A DNA stretch of 42,475 nucleotides from an uncultured bacterium (GTDB lineage Bacteria; Vulcanimicrobiota; Xenobia; Xenobiales; Xenobiaceae), in contig OMRK01000196.1 of the NCBI GenBank assembly GCA_900313515.1, positions 1 to 42,475 of the forward strand, given 5' to 3'. Shown in pieces: positions 25,746 to 34,272 of the stretch. Within the stretch, counting starts at the first letter, position 1. The number at the start of each line of letters is the position of its first letter. The notes beneath the pieces were generated by a model. It did not search any database. It was not told where the DNA came from and saw only the letters and a program-made list of their open reading frames with translations. A program made the translations under genes and the position numbers.

Positions 25746-28406
25746 ATGACTAAATTTAAGCCCTATCTAATAGAATACACGACGGCTGCTCTGATTTCGT
25801 GCTTGTTGGCGGCCTTGATGTTTGCTCCTATCTTCTGGACCGACACCTTTATTTATGAAGGCGATCTGACCGGTTCGGATCTTCTGGATATGAACCTTCC
25901 TTTTCGGTACCTGGCGGCCCAAGCGGCTAAGAATTTCAGCCTGCCCATGTGGATCTCGGAGATCGGTTGCGGTTTCCCCCTGCTCGCTGAAGGTCAGGCT
26001 GGCGTTTTTTACCCATCAACTCTGCCTCTATTCCTACTTTTTTCCATACCCTGGGCGGACAATCTCAGCATCATTTCCTCTTTGGCTATAGCTATCTTCG
26101 GTGGTTATGTGCTGGGACGCGTGCACGGACTATCGCGCATTTCCAGCACCTTTGTGGGCATCACCATAGGCTTTGGACCCACACTGGTATTCCGTATTAA
26201 GCACCTTAATATGGTGCAAGTAGGGGTGTGGTTCCCGATTTCAGTCGCAGCTATTAAAATAATATTTGATGCTATCAAGCAGATCTCCATAAACCAAGAG
26301 ATCGAATATGAGCGGACGGAGATCCAAACTCAAGAGGAATCAAAAAATTTGCAATCGGAGGTTTCCGATTCCCTAGATGCCCCTGCAAAGAAGGAAGTAG
26401 CCCCGGCCGATGACTCGACAAAAAAACAGAAGAAAACCGACGGATCTTCATCGGCGCAAAAAGGTAAAAACAGCTCCAGTAACATAGCTTACAGTCAGAT
26501 CGGTTCTGAGTTACTCCAACCAATTAGCCGTGTCAAATTGGGAATTCTTCTCCTTGCCATCTGCTGGACTATGATGATCTTTGCCGGTCATCCTCACGTG
26601 GCCTATGTATGCGGTCTAGCCGGCGTGACGTATGTTATAGTGATGGCGTTCTGTGAAATTATGCGTCCCTATTTCGACCGTGTTCTGTGGCAGACTTTGG
26701 CGGCTATGGTCGTAAGTGTCGTCATTAGCGTATGTCTGGGAGCAGTACAGTTACTTCCTACCTACGAACTCACCACGCAATCCAGCCGCGGCCATTCTTA
26801 CACGTGGAAGCAAATTTCTGAGTATCCAGTTACTACATGCCACCTAAAACTGTTTTTAAATCCATTTGAATTTGGCAATCCAGGTGATTATAAAAAGTTT
26901 CCCAAACAAAAAACTTACGGTAAAATAGACATCTTCTGGGAAGACATGCCTTATATCGGTTTGACGGCGTTGTTTTTGTTACCTTTGACCTTCATCAGAA
27001 GACACAATGAACAGACAGAGGACAGTAGCCATCAGGAAACTTCCAAAAACGACGCAACAGCCAAGACTAATGGGCCGGCTGTGCCAAAAAGTTCGAAAAG
27101 TAATATGGCCAGCTTTTTAACGGCCACCGCCACTTCCAAGGCTATACCGTGGGCAATTGTGCTTACCACTATATTGTTACTTATTTTGGCCTGTGGCGGC
27201 AAGGGGAAACTCTACTGGATCCCATGGCGTTTCTGTCCGGGATTTGACATGTTCCGTTATCCAGCCAGATTTCTTATCCCATTCGGAACCATGGCTGCTC
27301 TATGGGCCGGCTTTGGGGCAGACGCTCTGTTGAGCCGCATTCCCTCCCCCGTTAAGCTCAAATATGGACGCCTGTCCATTGGCTTATTGCTCTGCATGCT
27401 TGCCTTTGCCAATTTTGCCTGGACTACCAACAACTACGTTTCCTATCTGCCCAATCAGGTTTTTAGAGAAGTTCCTGAGACCGTTGACATATTGAAAGGT
27501 CACTCGAGAATAGCCGCCCCTTATATCAAGCGATATTGGAAAGGATACGTAAAAAACAGGGGTTGGCGCAATGCTGGTGATCGTGTAATTGATCTATTGA
27601 AATCAATGACTCCCGATTCTTCATCCTTCTGGGGAGTCAAACAGAGCGGCAACCGTACCTGCTTCGAAGGAGGTTCATGTCTGCAGCGTTACCAAGACAT
27701 ACAGCGTTACACAAGAAGTTCCATAGATTACAAACAAACCGAGCCCATCAGATTTACCCCCAAGACGCTAACTCTTTTTAAACTGCAGAATGTGAGCCAC
27801 TTTTTGGCCTTTGAGAAGGCCATTAACGGTGAAGGTGAGGAACTGCCACTGATTCGCGTAATTAGGTGGCCCAGCATTCCCCGTAACCTGCGTATCTATA
27901 AACTTAATGACCCCAGGCCTAGAGCTTATCTAGTTCCCCGCTTTGTGGAAGATGAACCACAGAGGATGTCCCGTTTTTACAGAAAGCACAATGCTATAAT
28001 AGACAGCGGTGACACCTGCGTATTTTACGTTGAGGACAATGCAGTCAGGCCGGGAAAAACTTCTCCTAAAACTTCTTTGACCAAGAAAGAGTATTGTCAC
28101 ATTGTAACGGATGAGCCCATGCACTTGGAGTTGGACATAAATACCGAAGACAATCGGGCGGTTCTTTTCACCGAAAATAAATACTCGTGCTGGCAAGCGA
28201 CCCTGGATGGCAATCCTGTTGATATCTATCGCACCAATTATGCCTTTATGGGCTGCGTAGTACCACCTGGACGGCATACATTGCGTTTTGATTTTGTTTG
28301 CTCAACATTAAGATGGGGTGCACTTCTTGGAGTGCTAGGCCTAATAGCCTTTGTTGGCCTGTCGGTCAACGCTTCAAGGGAGATACGAGCGCAAGGTCAG
28401 GCATGA
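25746..28406 (+). CDS. YfhO-like polytopic membrane protein, paralogue 4 (most diverged, two Lys/Ser/Glu-rich inserts)
   Basis: 886 aa with the same motif order (GDLTGSDLLDMNLPFRYLA, GHPHVAY, PGFDMFRYPARFLIPFG, YSCWQATLDGNPVDIYRTNYAFMGCVVPPGRHTLRFDF). It has no poly-G tract at the W-G-G position (here F-G-G, TTC GGT GGT). Confidence 0.85.
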   Translation: MTKFKPYLIEYTTAALISCLLAALMFAPIFWTDTFIYEGDLTGSDLLDMNLPFRYLAAQAAKNFSLPMWISEIGCGFPLLAEGQAGVFYPSTLPLFLLFSIPWADNLSIISSLAIAIFGGYVLGRVHGLSRISSTFVGITIGFGPTLVFRIKHLNMVQVGVWFPISVAAIKIIFDAIKQISINQEIEYERTEIQTQEESKNLQSEVSDSLDAPAKKEVAPADDSTKKQKKTDGSSSAQKGKNSSSNIAYSQIGSELLQPISRVKLGILLLAICWTMMIFAGHPHVAYVCGLAGVTYVIVMAFCEIMRPYFDRVLWQTLAAMVVSVVISVCLGAVQLLPTYELTTQSSRGHSYTWKQISEYPVTTCHLKLFLNPFEFGNPGDYKKFPKQKTYGKIDIFWEDMPYIGLTALFLLPLTFIRRHNEQTEDSSHQETSKNDATAKTNGPAVPKSSKSNMASFLTATATSKAIPWAIVLTTILLLILACGGKGKLYWIPWRFCPGFDMFRYPARFLIPFGTMAALWAGFGADALLSRIPSPVKLKYGRLSIGLLLCMLAFANFAWTTNNYVSYLPNQVFREVPETVDILKGHSRIAAPYIKRYWKGYVKNRGWRNAGDRVIDLLKSMTPDSSSFWGVKQSGNRTCFEGGSCLQRYQDIQRYTRSSIDYKQTEPIRFTPKTLTLFKLQNVSHFLAFEKAINGEGEELPLIRVIRWPSIPRNLRIYKLNDPRPRAYLVPRFVEDEPQRMSRFYRKHNAIIDSGDTCVFYVEDNAVRPGKTSPKTSLTKKEYCHIVTDEPMHLELDINTEDNRAVLFTENKYSCWQATLDGNPVDIYRTNYAFMGCVVPPGRHTLRFDFVCSTLRWGALLGVLGLIAFVGLSVNASREIRAQGQA

Positions 28407-30259
28407 GTTATCTTATGGAAATAGGTCTAGCCATTGCTATCCTGGTTGCCCTGCTGATAGCTTGGTTTTTTGCCAAGATTGTTATACGTAGATATATTAA
28501 CTACACCTTTTCTGCATTAGTTGCTGAAGGTAATCTTAGCAAAGCCCTGCAGTATTTTGAAAAAATCACCACAACTTCACCATTAACTTTAGCCTACAAC
28601 AGCACCTTGGTTGAAGCAGCTATAAATTCCAATTTTTTAGAATCGAACCAGAGTCCCGACAATTTACGTCGTTTTTTTGAGAATTTGGCCGATAGCTACT
28701 TACTTATCCAACCCTATTCCAGCTTTGCCAACATTTTTGCAGCAGGCATCAAAAGGTATAATAACCCGAAGCTGTCAGCTGAATGCATAATGAAGGCCAT
28801 GCAGTATGAGCCCCATTTCTTCTCCCTAAGCTCTCTGATAACACACCACATGGCCTGCCTTATTGCACGTGATTTTGATGTCTGCCTATCTATATACCTA
28901 GCCAGCTCCATTTTACAATCTTTCCCCAAACGTAAGTACATACGTGAGGAGCTTCTTTCCCTTTTCCAAGCACTTACCGGATCGCTAAGCTCGGCTGGCG
29001 CTATTGATCGGGCCGAACAGTGTTGCCAAGAGGTGTTGTCCTCAGAGTTTTTCCAACCTCTGTCCCGCTCAACTGAAGTCTACTTCACTTACTACTCGGC
29101 CTTCTTCCAGCACAAGCTGGGACATACTCCGACATATACAGACAGACTCACAAGTTTAGAAACTATCGATTACTACACCCCTTCCCTGTTCATATCGGCT
29201 GCCTTGTTCTGCCTGAGCAGACATGACAACCTCAAGGCTATGCAGTGCATGCATAAATTAAAATCAGTTAAGGAAATTTCTCTGCCCTTATGGATAACAG
29301 ATGGAGTTACCGCCTATATAAGTGTGATTTCCTATATCAATAATCTTTTGAACTCCAAAGAAGATCTGCCTGATGACGACATGTTGATGCTCTGCTTGAA
29401 AAATCTCAAAGATGCTGCCGATTCCTACCACGACAGTTTATTTATGCAGATATTAGCGGCCGATGGGTTCTTCTGTGCCGGGCACAAGCATAAGGCTCTT
29501 CTTTATCTGGAGCGTGCCAATAAACTTCCTAATCAGATTGTAGGAATCGGCAGCGAACCTCCAGATGACTGGTCGCCAGATACGTATGGATTTCTGCTGG
29601 GTCTGTCCGAGTCCCTGGCCATCCCCTTCTTCTCAGCTCAACACTACCATGAGAATCTTAAATTCAAACTGTACAAGGATCTGGGCCGCGGTGACGAAGC
29701 CTTAGCCCTATGCCTGCGGCAGCTGCGCGAAGATGATCGATTACCAGCTAACACCAAGGCTAATTGGCTGTTAAATGCTGCCGAAGCTGCTCACTTAAAG
29801 AACCAGGAAAAACAGGCCAATGAGTACTTACACCAGGCAGAACAGCTCTTGGACAAGCAACAGGCGGTCAATCATATAAAAGGTGCTCCCATACCTGCCT
29901 CAGAACTAATGCAGGAAATAACCAAGCCACGCTGCTTCGGCTCAATAGAATACCATTTCAATCGCGCCCGTCAGCATTTTCTGGACAAAAAATATGACGA
30001 AGCAACCCAAAGCGCTCTGAATGTATTATCATGCTGTCCTTATGATTTAAATGCACTGCGTCTGCTGGGCGAACTGGCCAAGATCCGCCACAGTGCCAAG
30101 CTGGCCCAAGTTGTATGCACCCACTTGGAAAAGTGCTATGTAGCCGTGGAAGATCTGTTGCTTATGAGTGAGTTGGAACTTCTGCAAGAAATAGATTACA
30201 TCGATGATTTCCCAGAGTCAGCGCAACAACCACAGGCAGAATCGGACATGCAGAATTGA
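28403..30259 (+). CDS. TM-anchored TPR-like helical repeat protein (618 aa)
   Basis: The ATG at 28403 overlaps the paralogue 4 stop (ATGA), and the upstream extension to 28298 lies inside that gene. N-terminal TM segment: IGLAIAILVALLIAWFFAKIVI. The rest is all-helical with TPR-like A/L/Y spacing (KALQYFEKI, KALLYLERANKL, ARQHFLDKKYDEATQSALNVL). Confidence 0.75.
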   Translation: MSYLMEIGLAIAILVALLIAWFFAKIVIRRYINYTFSALVAEGNLSKALQYFEKITTTSPLTLAYNSTLVEAAINSNFLESNQSPDNLRRFFENLADSYLLIQPYSSFANIFAAGIKRYNNPKLSAECIMKAMQYEPHFFSLSSLITHHMACLIARDFDVCLSIYLASSILQSFPKRKYIREELLSLFQALTGSLSSAGAIDRAEQCCQEVLSSEFFQPLSRSTEVYFTYYSAFFQHKLGHTPTYTDRLTSLETIDYYTPSLFISAALFCLSRHDNLKAMQCMHKLKSVKEISLPLWITDGVTAYISVISYINNLLNSKEDLPDDDMLMLCLKNLKDAADSYHDSLFMQILAADGFFCAGHKHKALLYLERANKLPNQIVGIGSEPPDDWSPDTYGFLLGLSESLAIPFFSAQHYHENLKFKLYKDLGRGDEALALCLRQLREDDRLPANTKANWLLNAAEAAHLKNQEKQANEYLHQAEQLLDKQQAVNHIKGAPIPASELMQEITKPRCFGSIEYHFNRARQHFLDKKYDEATQSALNVLSCCPYDLNALRLLGELAKIRHSAKLAQVVCTHLEKCYVAVEDLLLMSELELLQEIDYIDDFPESAQQPQAESDMQN

Positions 30260-30267
30260 TCCAACCC

Positions 30268-30296
30268 TTGCCAACTTGGTTTAATTTGTGTATAAT
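30268..30296 (+). promoter_or_regulatory. Sigma70-type promoter of tRNA-Gln (TTGCCA-N17-TATAAT)
   Basis: TTGCCA at 30268-30273, a 17-nt spacer, then consensus TATAAT at 30291-30296, 14 nt upstream of tRNA position 1. Confidence 0.7.
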
Positions 30297-30310
30297 AGGG
30301 CCCGTTAGAT

Positions 30311-30386
30311 TGAGGCATAGCCAAACGGTAAGGCAACGGACTTTGGATCCGTCATTTTCTAGGTTCGAATCCTAGTGCCTCAGCCA
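30311..30386 (+). tRNA. tRNA-Gln (anticodon UUG), CCA encoded
   Basis: Manual cloverleaf: acceptor TGAGGCA/TGCCTCA (U1:A72 as in bacterial tRNA-Gln); D arm GCCA-AACGGTA-AGGC; anticodon stem ACGGA/TCCGT with loop CTTTGGA (anticodon TTG); T arm CTAGG-TTCGAAT-CCTAG; discriminator G plus CCA. Near-collinear with E. coli tRNA-Gln as I recall it. Confidence 0.93.
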
Positions 30387-30395
30387 ACAAGACTA

Positions 30396-30431
30396 ACTCT
30401 TCTGTCCGTCAGGATCGGGGGAGTTTTTTTT
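30396..30431 (+). terminator. Intrinsic terminator after tRNA-Gln
   Basis: An ~12-bp stem (AACTCTTCTGTCC / GGATCGGGGGAGTT, with G-U pairs and one bulge) is followed by a T8 run. Confidence 0.6.
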
Positions 30432-30456
30432 ATGTTTTTGGCCAAAAACGCAAGCA

Positions 30457-30503
30457 AAACGGGTTTCAGAACTGTCGATCAGTTGTTCTGAAACCCGTTT
30501 TTC
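30457..30503. terminator. Strong bidirectional hairpin terminator between tRNA-Gln (+) and the 665-aa gene (-)
   Basis: Perfect 16-bp inverted repeat, AAACGGGTTTCAGAAC (30457-30472) / GTTCTGAAACCCGTTT (30485-30500), flanked by an A-run 5' and a T-run 3'. Confidence 0.75.
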
Positions 30504-30626
30504 TGTATTTGAAATTGATACAGATCAAAAACGCAAGGACGCCCAACTATCGCCCCGCCCTAAACACTCCATTGTTCTCATCATGTCCATCGTAGTTGAT
30601 GAGAATGCGGGCCCTCAAGTTATTTT

Positions 30627-32624
30627 CTAAACACTCCAGCAGAACCGTTCCATCAGATCCAGGAATACAGACTCCCGCTCTTTCTGCTCCAATCCTACTC
30701 CATTGAGCAGAGAACGTACCCAATGGCTGAGTTTACGCTCCGCTTCCTGCTTATCCTCAGGCAGAGGGAAGAGCTTCTCAATATGCCAGAGCTCCAATTC
30801 CAAGCAAGCCCTGACCAGACGGGCAGTAAAGGTCACCGAATGATCATCTTTCCACTGACTGAGGGGGGGCAACTCGAACTGCAAGGGCAAAAGTTCAAAC
30901 CAATACTTGGAATCGGCATTGGGCTGCAGAGCGTACATTTCCGCTAGAGCTTCCGACCATGGACCCAATTTCTGAGAGCCACTCTGGGGATAAAGCCTAC
31001 TGAACCAACGTCTGAAAAGACTATTGAGAATGGGAATGTAATCCTCTGACGAGGTGGGCAGCTCCGCTTCCTCATAGCCGAACTGCATGGCAATGCGCTC
31101 AGCCATCTTGTACTTGCAATACTCCTCATATTGGGAAAAAGCCGTCAGAGCCTCCTGCAACCAGGCCTCAAATCTCTCCAGTTCCTCGCCATGCGGCAAT
31201 CCCGAGAAACCAGCCGCCAAAATCAAGCCATCCCCAATAAACTTGCGAGCCGAAGCTTCTCTTCTGCTCTCTAAAAGCTCCTTAAGCACGTAAGCCGGTT
31301 CATCTTCACTAACCTTGAGAGTACGTGCCAGAGGCGAAAGCCGGTCATACCACTCCACCAAGGCATCCTTGGCTATTTCCCACAAATCACGCAGATATCG
31401 GCCATCGTAAGGAAAACCGCACAATTCCACTATTTTACGCAAACAATCAGCACTCTCGTAAGGAGCCTGCGGCAAATAAACAATCTGGCTGTGGGCCGCC
31501 TTCCCCCAAACCCGGCGCAGAGCCTGGCTGTTAAGTTCCACCTCTTGACCGTCGCAAACTATACTCACGGCCGGATAATAACGGCGAATAGCCGCGGCTA
31601 TCAGTATATTTAGATAGGAAACCTCCATCCCGTACGGGTAAGCAGTAAACTTGCGCAAAATGTCACTCAGATTGCAACGATGCTCCTCCTGACCATTCCC
31701 CAAGAGCATAACCAAAAGTTCGTTCCAAACACTGGACAGGGCACCCTTGTGGGAATCGCTCACTCCGCAAACTTGCTCAACTACGTAATTTCCACAGTCC
31801 TTGGTTATTTCAACCACTCCATTGCCCACCAGAAATTCCCGTATAATTTCGGTCTTTCCACTCTTATCAAAAGACAGAAATTGCAACGGCTCCTGAACGT
31901 TTAACAGAACATCCACCGCCTCATAACGATCCCTCACGCTACCGTGGGGGGCTGACCGACGGTCTCGACGATAAATCTTCTCTAAAACAGCGGTAAAGAA
32001 ATTATTGCGGCTTCCGGCCAACTCAGGCTCATCATCTAAATCTATGCCCAAGTCGGATCCCAAGTAAGACCAATCGAATTTACCTGGCCTAAGCTCAGGA
32101 CGAAGTTTTTCCACCAGTTGGCGGCGGAGCATATCTCGGCGATTATTTAAAATATTCTGAGCCGTGCCAGGCTGGTTGTAGGGCTCCTGTGAAGACAAGG
32201 TATGTATAGCCTGAAACTCCTTGAGTTGAGCTATACCCGGCATAGGCTCCTTGGGGATCCCAAACAGAACTCGCCTTCCAGCTTTGGAGTTCTGCAAAAG
32301 CGCACTGACATCTTCTGTCTCACGACGGGTAAATCCAACGCCCATTACCGCCAACAACGCATATTTATCGGGGCACTCGGTGGGAACGGGATCGTTAGGG
32401 CCGATAAATACGCACTTCACGCACCTAGGCCTTAAGTGAGTCTTCTTGTAAAGGCGCGGAGTTATGGCTCGTGCAGGATAGCACAATCCCAAGACCTGAG
32501 CATAATTAAGCTTTCCCTGCTCCGTTACAACTCGGGAAATATCCTGATTCAAATTGGAACGGTTAAAGCCTACCGAAGACACAATGCTATCGCTCATATA
32601 TCCGCAAAACCTCCAAATTGACAT
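30627..32624 (-). CDS. Large hypothetical protein (665 aa), no family recognised
   Basis: Long clean ORF with ordinary amino-acid composition. I see no P-loop and no clear nuclease, methylase or TM motifs. The start is uncertain: the ATG at 32624 lacks an SD, while the ATG at 32597 (MSDSIVSS) has GGAGG 12 nt upstream. Contains a C7 run on the coding strand (30863-30869). Confidence 0.7.
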   Translation of the reverse strand: MSIWRFCGYMSDSIVSSVGFNRSNLNQDISRVVTEQGKLNYAQVLGLCYPARAITPRLYKKTHLRPRCVKCVFIGPNDPVPTECPDKYALLAVMGVGFTRRETEDVSALLQNSKAGRRVLFGIPKEPMPGIAQLKEFQAIHTLSSQEPYNQPGTAQNILNNRRDMLRRQLVEKLRPELRPGKFDWSYLGSDLGIDLDDEPELAGSRNNFFTAVLEKIYRRDRRSAPHGSVRDRYEAVDVLLNVQEPLQFLSFDKSGKTEIIREFLVGNGVVEITKDCGNYVVEQVCGVSDSHKGALSSVWNELLVMLLGNGQEEHRCNLSDILRKFTAYPYGMEVSYLNILIAAAIRRYYPAVSIVCDGQEVELNSQALRRVWGKAAHSQIVYLPQAPYESADCLRKIVELCGFPYDGRYLRDLWEIAKDALVEWYDRLSPLARTLKVSEDEPAYVLKELLESRREASARKFIGDGLILAAGFSGLPHGEELERFEAWLQEALTAFSQYEEYCKYKMAERIAMQFGYEEAELPTSSEDYIPILNSLFRRWFSRLYPQSGSQKLGPWSEALAEMYALQPNADSKYWFELLPLQFELPPLSQWKDDHSVTFTARLVRACLELELWHIEKLFPLPEDKQEAERKLSHWVRSLLNGVGLEQKERESVFLDLMERFCWSV

Positions 32625-33210
32625 TCCCCAGGCCTAAAGTCCGGGGATTCTTGCTACTTGCCACTAAACAGTGGCCGACCAGTACATTTCTGTCAGGCCG
32701 TAGTGCAAGGCATGGGCATGCCATCACCCATCGCAGGGTAGAACATATAGTTCTCTACGCAGTAAATCTAACACTGCTATCGCCAACGTACCCAGTTGGA
32801 CTGTAGCTATTCATCTGCTCTACTGCAATATCCTATCTTATGCAATGGGAATTAAATACCTTTTTAGCAATATAATGGTCGCTTTATATCCCTATTGCTA
32901 GGGTAAGTGGTTTTACGGCAACATTTGGTAGAGTCCCACATTTCATAATAACTCCACTTTTAACCTACCTGACAGCCTATTCTAACTGTCACTACCACCA
33001 ATTCATACCCAAGCAACAGCATGCCTGACCATTCAACCAACCATCTCCAGCCGCTGCTCTGTTATGCATTTCCTTCAATCCTATGTCGTCGTACTGTTTG
33101 CCAAAAGTCGCACAATAGCTAGCACGTTAAGCCATTTTTTTTCCAGCATTACTGCCTATTGCGACCAATATTCCTTCAAAACTGGACCTAGTTATAGTAT
33201 AATTAGACCT

Positions 33211-34272
33211 ATGCGCGATTACATAAAAGAAAACGTATCTTTAGCGGAGCTGACAACCTTTGCCATAGGTGGGTCGGCAGCCTATCTAGCTTGCCCCAGC
33301 AACTTGGAGGAGTTGCTGTACTGCCTGGATTTTGCCCGAGAAAAGCATCTGCCCATATACCCCATAGGCCAGGGCAGCAACATATTGGCCTCTGATAAAG
33401 GCTTCGATGGCCTTCTAATTAAGCCCAAAATCATTGGTATCACTGTAGAGAAAGAATCGGTCAAAGCCGGCGCTGGATGCATTTGGGATGATCTGGTGCA
33501 GTATACCGTAGAGCATGATCTGGCGGGCCTGGAATGCCTGAGTGGAATCCCAGGACAAGTGGGAGCAGCCCCTGTCCAAAACATCGGCGCCTACGGCCAG
33601 GAGGTGGCCAACGTTATAGACACGGTGGAAGTTTTGTCTCTGGCCGATCGCCAATTGCGTCAGCTGAGCAACGAAGAATGCTGCTTTAAATATCGCAGCA
33701 GCAATTTCAAAACAGAATGGGCCGGTCGCTACATAATTACGGCGGTAACCTTCAAGTTGAAAGCCTCTGGAGCAGCCGTCATGCGCTATCAGGATCTACA
33801 ACGCTTTTTCGCTCAACGCTTGGAGGATTCTCCCCACTGGCAACCTTCTCTTCAGGAGGTACGCCAGGCTGTCTTAGCTGTGCGCCGCTCTAAATCTATG
33901 ACCTACGATCTGGCCAACCCTAACCACCGTTGCGCCGGTTCTTTCTATTTAAATCCCATCATTCCCCAAGCTCAAGGTGAGGCACTACAGGCCAGATATC
34001 CTCAAATTCCAGTATACCCCGTACCCCAGCCCGGTTTCTGCAAAATATCAGCAGCCTGGCTGGTGGATAATGCCGGCTTCCATAAAGGCTACCGTTGGGG
34101 CCTGGCGGGCATATCCACCGATCATGCCCTGGCTCTCATAAATCCTGAGGGGAAGGCGAAAGCCAAAGACATATTGGCCCTCTCCCACCAGATAGTAGAA
34201 AAAGTTGAGGAGATTTTCGGCATCATACTGGTTCCCGAGCCCAACCTTCTTGGTGATTTTGATGGAATCTAG
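33211..34272 (+). CDS. murB: UDP-N-acetylenolpyruvoylglucosamine reductase
   Basis: LAELTTFAIGGSAAYL, PIGQGSNIL and GIPGQVGAAPVQNIGAYG (FAD-binding) motifs, with a long type I C-terminus. The ORF is open from 33064, but the family N-terminus aligns with MRDYIKENVSLAELTTF, starting at the ATG at 33211. Confidence 0.88.
   Translation: MRDYIKENVSLAELTTFAIGGSAAYLACPSNLEELLYCLDFAREKHLPIYPIGQGSNILASDKGFDGLLIKPKIIGITVEKESVKAGAGCIWDDLVQYTVEHDLAGLECLSGIPGQVGAAPVQNIGAYGQEVANVIDTVEVLSLADRQLRQLSNEECCFKYRSSNFKTEWAGRYIITAVTFKLKASGAAVMRYQDLQRFFAQRLEDSPHWQPSLQEVRQAVLAVRRSKSMTYDLANPNHRCAGSFYLNPIIPQAQGEALQARYPQIPVYPVPQPGFCKISAAWLVDNAGFHKGYRWGLAGISTDHALALINPEGKAKAKDILALSHQIVEKVEEIFGIILVPEPNLLGDFDGI

Noticed and set aside
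28298-28402. Upstream extensions of ORFs as listed in the track: 28298 for the TPR gene, 33064 for murB, 34205 for recG, 22817 for paralogue 3 and 2872 for the second pseudopilin.
   Set aside because: The extensions overlap the preceding gene or add non-homologous residues. Paralogue or family alignment, together with RBS or ATGA coupling, supports the internal starts used in the feature list.
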